A stretch of DNA of 31,627 bases from a virus (Duplodnaviria; Caudoviricetes): IMG/VR virus record IMGVR_UViG_3300031260_000082, positions 1-31,627 of that record; one strand, written 5' to 3'. The notes under the pieces were generated by a model. It saw only the letters and a list, made by a program, of their open reading frames with translations, was not told the DNA's origin and did no database searches. Below, one piece after another: positions 1 to 7,439 of this stretch (within the stretch, counting starts at the first letter, position 1; each line of letters opens with the position of its first letter). A program made the position numbers and the translations under genes.

Positions 1-1
1 C

Positions 2-238
2 GACGCCAAGGATTTTGACTGGGTGAACCGTCACCTTCCACAATCGTTCTTGCAGAAGCGTATCCTCTCTATGAGCTATGCCACTGCACGGAACATAATC
101 AAGCAACGCCACGGCCACAAGCTGGTGGAGTGGGAGATATTCACCAATGCAATCATCTCCCAGGCCTTATACCCGGAATACCTTGTGCCCAACTTCGCGA
201 CTGCTCGGCAGGAGCCTCACCATGAACAAATACGATAA
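2..238 (+). CDS. 5'-truncated ThyX-like (flavin-dependent thymidylate synthase fold) protein, C-terminal part
   Basis: The frame is open from the window edge (DAKDFDWVNRHLPQSFLQKRILSMSYATARNIIKQRHGHKLVEWEIF). LP...R....SY...RNI..QR..HKL.EW resembles the C-terminus of phage ThyX-like proteins, and the gene sits next to a dNMP kinase. Confidence 0.55.
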   Translation, partial: DAKDFDWVNRHLPQSFLQKRILSMSYATARNIIKQRHGHKLVEWEIFTNAIISQALYPEYLVPNFATARQEPHHEQIR

Positions 239-325
239 GGAGTAATATCATGATGAACATCTCCCCGTGAACTCAAGGTCACCAACAACAACAACAAACT
301 AACCGCAAATCATAAGGAGTGTTTG

Positions 326-907
326 ATGGTCCCGATAGCTTTTTCAGGCAAAGCCGGCGTGGGGAAGACCACTACTGCTGACCTCATTGAGACGCTCACC
401 AGACCGTTGGGGCTTTACTGCACAGCTTTCAGTTTTGCTAAACAATTGAGGATAGAATTGGCGAAAGAGCTAGATGTAAGCCCTGACTTATTGTATGCTA
501 AGAAGATGGAACTAAAAGGCAAGACCGTCAGGGAGCACCTAATTTCCTTCGGTAACAGGAAACGCCAAGAAGACCCTGCTTATTGGGTGAAGAAGCTTCT
601 AAACGACAACGATTTTTCTCTAAACATTCTCGACAAGAAGTCCATTCCTATCATCGATGATGTGAGGTTCAAGAACGAGCATGAAGCTCTCAGAAAGATG
701 AACGCCTTTATTGTTCGCCTGGACCCATTTCCAGAATGGCCTTCTTCTTGTATCGACCCCAACGACCCTTCGGAAACTGACTTGGACGATTGTAGGGACT
801 GGGACCTCGTGATTACGCCCGTTTATACCAAAAACTCTCTTTTCGGCCCTTGGTTGACCGCCGTGAAGGTAATTGAAAACTACATCCTTACAAGGAGAAC
901 GCAATGA
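326..907 (+). CDS. Deoxynucleoside monophosphate kinase (P-loop)
   Basis: SGKAGVGKTT Walker A, SFAKQLR, REHLISFG..KR, YWV, IIDDVRFKNE and SETDLD are typical of phage dNMP kinases. SD TAAGGAG at 313-319 favours the ATG at 326. Confidence 0.85.
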   Translation: MVPIAFSGKAGVGKTTTADLIETLTRPLGLYCTAFSFAKQLRIELAKELDVSPDLLYAKKMELKGKTVREHLISFGNRKRQEDPAYWVKKLLNDNDFSLNILDKKSIPIIDDVRFKNEHEALRKMNAFIVRLDPFPEWPSSCIDPNDPSETDLDDCRDWDLVITPVYTKNSLFGPWLTAVKVIENYILTRRTQ

Positions 908-1341
908 ACATTCTTTTATTGGAAGAAGAAACTCTTGCTTTTGAAGGGCTTTCCCTAAAGGTGTATGTATGCCCTGCTGGCGAGTTGACTGTTGGCGTCG
1001 GGCATCGAGTTCTACCAACCGACAACTTAAAGCACGGCGACCGCATTTCCCTCAGGCAAGCCGGAGAGTTCCTTCACAACGACCTTTCGATTGCCATCAG
1101 GGATGCGCAAGAACTCTTTGGTCGGGCGTTTTTCGATTCCCTTTCAGAAAAACGCCAGCACGCGTTGATAGACATTCTCTTCAACTTGGGAAAAACACGC
1201 TTCTCCAAATTCGTGCGCACAATCGATGCTATCAAAAAACACGACTGGAAACGCGCACATGATGAGTTGTTGGATTCTAAATACGCAACTCAGGTAGGAA
1301 GACGCGCCAAGCGAAACGCTTTGTATCTTTTGGAGGAATAA
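904..1341 (+). CDS. T4-type (GH24) lysozyme / endolysin
   Basis: EGLSLKVYVCPAGELTVGVGH is the E-x8-C-x5-T catalytic pattern; also FNLG...F and SKYATQVGRRA. ATGA overlap with the kinase gene. Confidence 0.9.
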   Translation: MNILLLEEETLAFEGLSLKVYVCPAGELTVGVGHRVLPTDNLKHGDRISLRQAGEFLHNDLSIAIRDAQELFGRAFFDSLSEKRQHALIDILFNLGKTRFSKFVRTIDAIKKHDWKRAHDELLDSKYATQVGRRAKRNALYLLEE

Positions 1342-1342
1342 G

Positions 1343-1597
1343 ATGGCCGTTTTGACGAACACCCAACTAAAAGCCATTCGGGAGAATCTGGACCGCCATA
1401 AAAGTTCAGGCAAAATCCCTCATGGTTATCCCGTTGCACTTGTGACGGACCTTCTAGACACCTTAGAAAAAATGCGACAACGAAAGAAAACTTTCCAACA
1501 CCTAGCAGAACGTCGCGCTAGGTATCTAGCACAAATCTTTTCTATTTCCTCGCGAGCAGTAGGCGAAAACACCGACAGCGCTGAGGAACTATGGTGA
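1343..1597 (+). CDS. Hypothetical protein (84 aa)
   Basis: GAGG SD, starts 1 nt after the lysozyme stop, co-oriented in the operon. Confidence 0.7.
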   Translation: MAVLTNTQLKAIRENLDRHKSSGKIPHGYPVALVTDLLDTLEKMRQRKKTFQHLAERRARYLAQIFSISSRAVGENTDSAEELW

Positions 1598-1611
1598 AAA
1601 ATCAACCACAG
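1589..1611. promoter_or_regulatory. 23-bp palindromic repeat, copy 1 (CTATGGTGAAAAATCAACCACAG)
   Basis: Contains the TGA stop at 1595-1597; its end runs into the AGGAG SD of the 1623 gene. Confidence 0.75.
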
Positions 1612-1622
1612 GAGACCCCAAA

Positions 1623-1973
1623 ATGGAAGAAAGAGAACTCCTCGAACAAGAATTGCGCCAGGTATGGACTCGCATAAAACAAGTCCAAGCACTTCTTGAC
1701 CCGTTGAGAAAAGAACTTTTCACGCTCCAAGAAAAGCACAAGAAACTTTCTGCTCGCTACGAAGAGCTCCAACGGAAAAGCGTGAAAATCACGATTGTAA
1801 AACAGCCTCGAGTAGAAAAACCCAAGAAAGTAGAAAGTGAGTTGTTGGATATACTTCGAGGCCTTACTCAAGCGGAATTGCAAAAAATATGCCAAACCAT
1901 CCATGAACAAGCCAATCCGGATGAAGCCATGGAAATTGACACAATTCAATTGGATGATACATTTTCCGCTTGA
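1623..1973 (+). CDS. Hypothetical coiled-coil protein
   Basis: AGGAG SD; Leu/Glu/Lys heptad pattern in the N-terminal half. Confidence 0.75.
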   Translation: MEERELLEQELRQVWTRIKQVQALLDPLRKELFTLQEKHKKLSARYEELQRKSVKITIVKQPRVEKPKKVESELLDILRGLTQAELQKICQTIHEQANPDEAMEIDTIQLDDTFSA

Positions 1974-1998
1974 CAAACCCCCGCAAAATTGATAAGCG
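1970..1998 (+). promoter_or_regulatory. Putative sigma70-type promoter, TTGACA-N17-TAAGCG with extended TG
   Basis: Perfect -35 at 1970-1975, TG at 1990-1991, same layout as the 4327 site, embedded in an imperfect inverted repeat at 1970-2009. Confidence 0.5.
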
Positions 1999-2060
1999 GG
2001 AATTGTCAAAGGCAATGGAAGGGAACAAACCAAAAACCATCAACCCAAAGGAGGCCTAAA

Positions 2061-2402
2061 ATGGCAACGTCCGTAACCGCAACGAAGAACTCTCGCTCTC
2101 TTACTGTTGAGTACAACTTCGGCGAGAACCTCCAGGAAGCTGTAAAGCTATTCGGCGAGAATGTAGTTTTTCAAAACGCCATTCAGTCAATGAAGATTTC
2201 CCTGCAGGCCCTCATCCGCAGGGGATTTGACCAGGGCTTGGACGATGCGGAAATCATCACACGAGCCCAGCAGTGGAAGCCTGGCGTTTCTGCCGGTCGC
2301 TCTGCCGCCGACCCCATCCAGGCGGTCCTGTCCAAGTGGCGCACTCTGCCCGAAGATAAGAAGGCAGAACTCCTGCGCCAGCTCAAGAGCATGGCCAACT
2401 AA
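2061..2402 (+). CDS. Hypothetical protein (113 aa, MATSVTATK...)
   Basis: Strong SD AGGAGG at 2049-2054 places the start at ATG 2061 rather than 1989; followed by a terminator-like hairpin. Confidence 0.8.
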   Translation: MATSVTATKNSRSLTVEYNFGENLQEAVKLFGENVVFQNAIQSMKISLQALIRRGFDQGLDDAEIITRAQQWKPGVSAGRSAADPIQAVLSKWRTLPEDKKAELLRQLKSMAN

Positions 2403-2410
2403 ACAAATTT

Positions 2411-2452
2411 CCCGAAAGGAGCGAGCTTCCCTTCCCTCGCTCCTTTTTCGGG
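2411..2452 (+). terminator. Rho-independent terminator-like hairpin
   Basis: AAAGGAGCGAG / CTCGCTCCTTT stem with a 10-nt loop and T run, extendable by CCCG/CGGG. Confidence 0.75.
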
Positions 2453-2471
2453 CCGGCAGTCCCATAATTTT

Positions 2472-3350
2472 ATGAGGTGCACTATGCGTAAACCCAGAAA
2501 TGTAATGCTAGCCTATCCCTTCGATGATGGAAGGTTAGCAAAATGGAGCAAACCCTTCTTCGTTCAACCAAAACTTGACGGGGTTCGTTGTATCGCCAAG
2601 AACCTCCCAAACGAACCCGTCACACTGCTATCCTCAACAGGAGAGCAAATTGTTTCCGTTCCTCATCTCCTTCCAGAAATTCGCCAGAACTTACCTTTTG
2701 GCACTTGGGATGGTGAACTTTATGTTCACGGCTGGAAGTTCGAGCAAATCGTAAGCGTCGTAAACAAGCGAAAAACGCTTGACTCAAGTTTTGAGAAAAT
2801 GGAACTCCACATCTTTGACCAGGTGGATTTCAACGAACCTCAGCACAAACGTTTGTTGAGGTTGAACAGTCTTGAAAAAGAAATCTACTCCTCGAAAATA
2901 AAAATAGTTCCTACCTACACCACTTTGAGTATTGAAGAACTTTTCTGTTATGCAGAAAAGTTCTTACGAGAAAACTATGAAGGTTTGATAGTTAGAAATT
3001 TCTCGTCTCTTTATGAGAATAAACGTTCAACTGGATTGATGAAGTTGAAGTTCGGCTCTTCGGATGCTTACCTCATAATCGGAGCGTTGGAAGAAATAGA
3101 CAAGTTCGGAAACGGCAAGCAATCCCTCGGGGCGCTTGTCTGTTATGACGGAAAAAACTATTTCAACGTCGGAACTGGGTTCTCGCGAGAGGACCGCGTT
3201 CGTTTGTGGGAAGAGCGTGAAAGCCTTCCTGGAAGGTACGCTTTGGTAAAGTACCAAGAACTCACAAAAGACCGGCAGGTTCCACGCTTTCCTGTTTATG
3301 TTTCTATCATTGACCTGGAAATAGCAAAACAAGTCGAGAGGTTATCATGA
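2472..3350 (+). CDS. ATP-dependent DNA ligase
   Basis: Motif I QPKLDGVR, III DGELY, IIIa HIFD, IV EGLIVR, V LMKLK; OB-domain VGTGFS and PRFP. The start may be a few codons downstream. Confidence 0.93.
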   Translation: MRCTMRKPRNVMLAYPFDDGRLAKWSKPFFVQPKLDGVRCIAKNLPNEPVTLLSSTGEQIVSVPHLLPEIRQNLPFGTWDGELYVHGWKFEQIVSVVNKRKTLDSSFEKMELHIFDQVDFNEPQHKRLLRLNSLEKEIYSSKIKIVPTYTTLSIEELFCYAEKFLRENYEGLIVRNFSSLYENKRSTGLMKLKFGSSDAYLIIGALEEIDKFGNGKQSLGALVCYDGKNYFNVGTGFSREDRVRLWEERESLPGRYALVKYQELTKDRQVPRFPVYVSIIDLEIAKQVERLS

Positions 3351-4321
3351 AAACGGTCGAGTGGGCAACGAAAAAACTTGCGGATGCAGGCTTTCCAACT
3401 GTCGAGGCATTGAATGTGCTTGACGCATCGAAAATAAATGTCTTTTTGGATTGTCCAAGACAGTTCTTCTACTCTCATATTTTGGGGTGGCAGTCCGAAC
3501 GCCCAAATAACCATCTTATCTTCGGACAGGCTTGGCACGAGGCGATGGAAGTTCTTCTCCTCGAGGGTTATGGTGAATCTTCCATCGCCAAGGCGTACGA
3601 CGCTTTTCTTACGCTTTATCGCAAACATTTTTCAGAAGAAACTGACAGCTTGTTTGCACCAAAAACGCCAGAAAATGCTTTACGTGCCCTCGTTGACTAC
3701 TGTACTTTCTACAAGAACGACCTTCAAAACTTCCGGCCTCTCCACGTAGAGATTGCGGGTAGGGTAAACATTGCCGAAGGAAAGTTCTTACACTTCCGAA
3801 TGGATTCCATTTGTGAAGACTTTCAAACCAATGAACTGTTTTCCCTTGAGCATAAAACTAAAAACTCCGCATTCAATCGCCAATGGATAGACCAATGGAC
3901 AAACTCCTTCCAGGTTGGAGTTTATCTTCACGTGCTTTACTGCTTCGCCGTTGACCGGAGGGTCCGAAAGGTAGTCATAAACGGAATAGCTTTCACAAAC
4001 AAGGAAACAAAGTTCATCCGTGTGCCTGTTTTGAAAACGCCTACTCAAATGCAAGAATGGCTTGCCCATGCGGAGTGGTACTATGATGCAATCGTTCAAG
4101 AAATGGACTTTCTCGCCCATGAATACCGAAGGAAAGACTCTATCATGATGGCTTTTCCTAAAAACCCTCAGGCGTGTACGAAATACTTTGGTTGTCCTTT
4201 TTTGGATTTTTGTTCAGTGAAAACTAACCCCTGGGATTACATCTACCAACCTCCGCTTGGGTTAGTTGTTCGCCACTGGGACCCGACAACCCTTCCAAGT
4301 AAAACCCAAATGGATGTGTAA
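3347..4321 (+). CDS. PD-(D/E)XK exonuclease, Cas4/AddB-like, with putative Fe-S cysteines
   Basis: S.I..FLDCPR, FGQAWHEAME, RMD, LEHKT, QVGVY and C-terminal CTKYFGCPFLDFC (1+3 Cys arrangement). Confidence 0.85.
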   Translation: MKTVEWATKKLADAGFPTVEALNVLDASKINVFLDCPRQFFYSHILGWQSERPNNHLIFGQAWHEAMEVLLLEGYGESSIAKAYDAFLTLYRKHFSEETDSLFAPKTPENALRALVDYCTFYKNDLQNFRPLHVEIAGRVNIAEGKFLHFRMDSICEDFQTNELFSLEHKTKNSAFNRQWIDQWTNSFQVGVYLHVLYCFAVDRRVRKVVINGIAFTNKETKFIRVPVLKTPTQMQEWLAHAEWYYDAIVQEMDFLAHEYRRKDSIMMAFPKNPQACTKYFGCPFLDFCSVKTNPWDYIYQPPLGLVVRHWDPTTLPSKTQMDV

Positions 4322-4326
4322 GTGGC

Positions 4327-4355
4327 TTGACAATTGAATAACATTATGGTAAGGA
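4327..4355 (+). promoter_or_regulatory. Putative promoter, TTGACA-N17-TAAGGA with extended TG
   Basis: Perfect -35 in the intergenic gap, TG at 4347-4348; the -10 overlaps the SD of the next gene. Confidence 0.5.
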
Positions 4356-4362
4356 GTTTCTT

Positions 4363-5151
4363 ATGACGCTGGATTTCAAGAAAACTGTGGAAGAACTTCA
4401 AAACATGTACAAGGAAGCCCCACAAACGGGGAAGGTGAACTTCCTCATCTACGGGGACCTTGGAACGGGAAAAACCACAATGGCAGTTGAAACCTGCCGC
4501 AAGCCGTGCTTGGTGCACTCTTTCGACCCAGGCGGGACGGAGTCCATTGACCCAAAACTCATCCAATCCGGCCTCGTGATAGTGGATAATCGTTTTGAGC
4601 GAGAAGACCCAAAACGCCCAACAGCATTTGAGTTGTGGGATAAAGAGTTTGAGCGCCTCCTTCAAGGTGGTTTCTTCAAGCACATCGGGACGTACGTTTT
4701 GGACTCCGCAACGACGTGGTCATCTGCGGCGATGAACGTTGTGTTGAAACGTGCGGGAAGAACGGCCGGCGTCCCACAACAAAACGACTACCTCCCACAA
4801 ATGACGCTTCTCGAAAACGCCATGAAGGTGATTTGTGCTCTTCCTTGTGATGTAGTCTTCACGGCCCACCAAAAGGCGGATAAGGACGAAATAACGGGCA
4901 AGATTACTGCCGCCCCGTTGCTGACGGGTAAACTAACCCATCGCATCCCGTTGTTGTTTGATGAAATCTACCACGCAATCGCAAAAGAAACTTCTCGCGG
5001 TACCGAGTATCGGGTCCAAACGCAGGCATGTACTACCTACATGGCCCGCACAAGAATGGGCCGCAAAGGAACTTTCGAGAAGTTTGAACTTCCAGACTTG
5101 AAATATTTACTAAAAAAAGGAGGTAAGAACTACGAAGACAAATCTGAATAA
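4363..5151 (+). CDS. AAA_24 / Sak4-like recombination ATPase
   Basis: IYGDLGTGKTT Walker A, YVLDSAT Walker B, FTAH, FDEIY; lies between a nuclease and an SSB. Confidence 0.8.
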   Translation: MTLDFKKTVEELQNMYKEAPQTGKVNFLIYGDLGTGKTTMAVETCRKPCLVHSFDPGGTESIDPKLIQSGLVIVDNRFEREDPKRPTAFELWDKEFERLLQGGFFKHIGTYVLDSATTWSSAAMNVVLKRAGRTAGVPQQNDYLPQMTLLENAMKVICALPCDVVFTAHQKADKDEITGKITAAPLLTGKLTHRIPLLFDEIYHAIAKETSRGTEYRVQTQACTTYMARTRMGRKGTFEKFELPDLKYLLKKGGKNYEDKSE

Positions 5152-5171
5152 CCTCTAGAAGTGGCTGGGAA

Positions 5172-5194
5172 CTATGGTTAATTTTTCAACACAC
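5172..5194. promoter_or_regulatory. 23-bp palindromic repeat, copy 2 (CTATGGTTAATTTTTCAACACAC)
   Basis: Intergenic, 10 nt upstream of the GGAGGT SD of the SSB gene; the A-tract is on the - strand. Confidence 0.65.
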
Positions 5195-5214
5195 TAACCC
5201 TTACGGAGGTCTTT

Positions 5215-5613
5215 ATGTCTTTCTTGGAAATGAACTTTGATGATGTGGTTGAGCCCCGTGCTGTCAGCGAAGGCGAGTACAAGCTCCGCATTATCGACGT
5301 GCGCGAAGGTGTGGACAAGAACGGCAATCCCTACCTCATGCCCCGCTTTGAGATTCTTGGCGAGGTTGGTGCTTCGGATTTTAGCCACTACCTCCCGCTC
5401 CCAAACCAAAACATGGACCCTAAGCGTCTGAACAACGCCAAGTATCGCTTGAAGATGTTCATGGATGCTTTTGGACTTCCCTATAATGGCGACACCTCCG
5501 AATGGATTGGCATGGAAGGCTGGGCCATTCTGGGTGTTGAGCAGAACGAACAGTATGGTGAACAAAACTACGTAAAACGTTGGGGCAAGCCGGCGGATAA
5601 GCTTCCGTTCTAG
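5215..5613 (+). CDS. Single-stranded DNA-binding protein (DUF669-like)
   Basis: EGEYKLRIIDV N-terminal pattern, C-terminal LPF tail, follows the Sak4-like ATPase; SD GGAGGT. Confidence 0.7.
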   Translation: MSFLEMNFDDVVEPRAVSEGEYKLRIIDVREGVDKNGNPYLMPRFEILGEVGASDFSHYLPLPNQNMDPKRLNNAKYRLKMFMDAFGLPYNGDTSEWIGMEGWAILGVEQNEQYGEQNYVKRWGKPADKLPF

Positions 5614-5629
5614 CAAACCATAACTAACC

Positions 5630-5673
5630 GCTCCACAGAAGGTTCCTCCCCACCTTCTGTGGAGCTTTCATTT
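5630..5673 (+). terminator. Rho-independent terminator-like hairpin
   Basis: 13-bp stem GCTCCACAGAAGG / CCTTCTGTGGAGC followed by TTTCATTT. Confidence 0.75.
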
Positions 5674-5685
5674 CAAGGAGTACGC

Positions 5686-5925
5686 ATGAAAACTATCCAA
5701 TCCTCCCCAAGGTTGATTGTGGAGCTTCCAGAAGACCTTCACAACGAGCTGAATAAACTCCTTCCGTGGGGCGTAAAGTCTCACATCATCCGGATTTTGT
5801 GTGAAGACCTAGTTGCTATTCTAAGAAAAAACCCCGACAAGGCCCTTGGAGCACTAATGGCTCGTGCTGTAAAGTTAGAAGACTTCCCTGCTTTCAAGGA
5901 GCTACAAGATGGCGACAATCAATGA
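5686..5925 (+). CDS. Small putative DNA-binding protein (ribbon-helix-helix-like)
   Basis: AAGGAG SD then ATG at 5686; PRLIVELPEDLHNELNKLL...KSHIIR resembles the beta-alpha-alpha RHH pattern. Confidence 0.5.
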   Translation: MKTIQSSPRLIVELPEDLHNELNKLLPWGVKSHIIRILCEDLVAILRKNPDKALGALMARAVKLEDFPAFKELQDGDNQ

Positions 5926-6130
5926 TTTACTAATCCCAAGCTTCACGCAAATGGATTTTAGTGAGAGGTTGAACTGTGTCCTCGCGATTCGGACTGCCCG
6001 ACGCGAGGTACAAAAAGAACAACGAGAGAAAAAGCCCACGAGAAAGAAGAAAAACGTATTGACAAACGAACTCTCTCGTATGTCTAATGACCAACTTCTA
6101 ACCTTGAAGGAGCTTTTAGATGCAATGTAA
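5909..6130 (+). CDS. Hypothetical basic protein (73 aa)
   Basis: AAGGAG SD, overlaps both neighbours, K/R-rich centre. Confidence 0.7.
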   Translation: MATINDLLIPSFTQMDFSERLNCVLAIRTARREVQKEQREKKPTRKKKNVLTNELSRMSNDQLLTLKELLDAM

Positions 6131-7439
6131 ACTCTCCAATATTTTGGTGGAAGAACGCTTCCGCAAAGACTTTGGAAACCTCGATGAGCTGATGGAGTCA
6201 ATCAAAGAAAACGGGTTGATTACTCCGATTGCCGTTCGGGATTTAGGGAATGGTAAGTACCTTCTCCTTGCGGGTGAACGTCGCTATCGCGCGTGCAAAG
6301 CCCTCGGAATGGAAGAAATTCCAGTACGAGTCTACGAAGGCGAGATGTCTGACCTTCTGATGCGTCAAATTGAGTTGGAAGAAAACATCCAACGCAAGGA
6401 CATGACGTGGCTTGAAGAGTGCGCCCTGAAGCGGGAAATCCACCACATGCGCCAATTGATGCACGGGAAGAAAACTTCAACCGCTCCAGATGCTCCCGGT
6501 TGGTCATTGAGAGATACTGCTAAGCTTCTGAACGAATCCCACTCAAACGTAAGTTTGGACATCTCTTTAGCGGAAACTGTCGAGCAATTCCCCGAAATCG
6601 ATTGGACATCGTTCAAAAACAAAAACGAAGCCAGACGTCAACTAAAGCGCTTGACCAAAACTGTCATCCGCCAAAGTGCCGCAGAAGAGTTCAAGAAACG
6701 CTACAAGAAAAGTCGTCTTGCCGTTGAGGCAGAAAACTCCTACATCATTGGAGACTGTCTCGAAATGTTGAAGAAACTCCCAGACGGTTTTGCGGATTTC
6801 ATAGAAATCGACCCGCCGTATGGAATTGACTTGATGGACAATCGCGATTGGAAACAAGGCAAACCGGTGTTGTGCTCATACAAAGAAATCCCTCAAGAAA
6901 GTTACTTGGATTTCATGAAAGAACTTCTTGCGGAATGTTCGAGGATTTCCAAACCTACAACGTGGCTCATCTTGTGGTACGCGCCTGACCCATGGCACTG
7001 TTCTTTGCTTGAGCTCTTAGAAAACGCAGGTTTTATTGTTCACAAAAAACCTTGTGTATGGGTAAAGCGAAACGGCCAAACCAATATGCCAAAACGCTAT
7101 TTGGCGTCCGCCTACGAACCATTCTTTTACGCTTGCAAATCGTTTGAAGCAGAACTAAACAAACGCGGTTGTTTGAATGTGTTCTACCAGGACCCCGTTC
7201 CAGCACAATTCAAAAAACACCCAACGGAAAAACCCGCAGAACTAATGCGTGAGATTTTAGAAATCTTCTCTACCGAAGGTTCTCAGGTAGTCGTTCCCTT
7301 CGCCGGTTCAGGCCGTACACTAATCGAAGCTTGGAAGTCTTGCCGGCGGGCAATCGGTTACGACCTTTCAGAAGACTACCGAAACGGTTACCTTCAAACC
7401 ATCGCAGAAGAGTTCCCTGAAGAGGAGGTAGAAGACTAA
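6120..7439 (+). CDS. ParB-like domain fused to a beta-class N4/N6 DNA methyltransferase
   Basis: N-terminal ITPIAVR, LLAGERRYRA, EENIQRKD (ParB); HTH-like WSLRDTAKLL; C-terminal GDC, IDPPY, HPTEKP, PFAGSG (catalytic motif precedes the SAM motif). Confidence 0.9.
   Translation: MQCKLSNILVEERFRKDFGNLDELMESIKENGLITPIAVRDLGNGKYLLLAGERRYRACKALGMEEIPVRVYEGEMSDLLMRQIELEENIQRKDMTWLEECALKREIHHMRQLMHGKKTSTAPDAPGWSLRDTAKLLNESHSNVSLDISLAETVEQFPEIDWTSFKNKNEARRQLKRLTKTVIRQSAAEEFKKRYKKSRLAVEAENSYIIGDCLEMLKKLPDGFADFIEIDPPYGIDLMDNRDWKQGKPVLCSYKEIPQESYLDFMKELLAECSRISKPTTWLILWYAPDPWHCSLLELLENAGFIVHKKPCVWVKRNGQTNMPKRYLASAYEPFFYACKSFEAELNKRGCLNVFYQDPVPAQFKKHPTEKPAELMREILEIFSTEGSQVVVPFAGSGRTLIEAWKSCRRAIGYDLSEDYRNGYLQTIAEEFPEEEVED

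Noticed and set aside
283-297. (CAA)5 microsatellite as a phase-variation tract
   Set aside because: Short, a triplet repeat, and not within a credible gene or promoter.
3347-4321. Cas4-like nuclease as evidence of a CRISPR-Cas system
   Set aside because: No cas1/cas2 or repeat-spacer array; its context (ligase, Sak4-like ATPase, SSB) is a normal phage recombination module.
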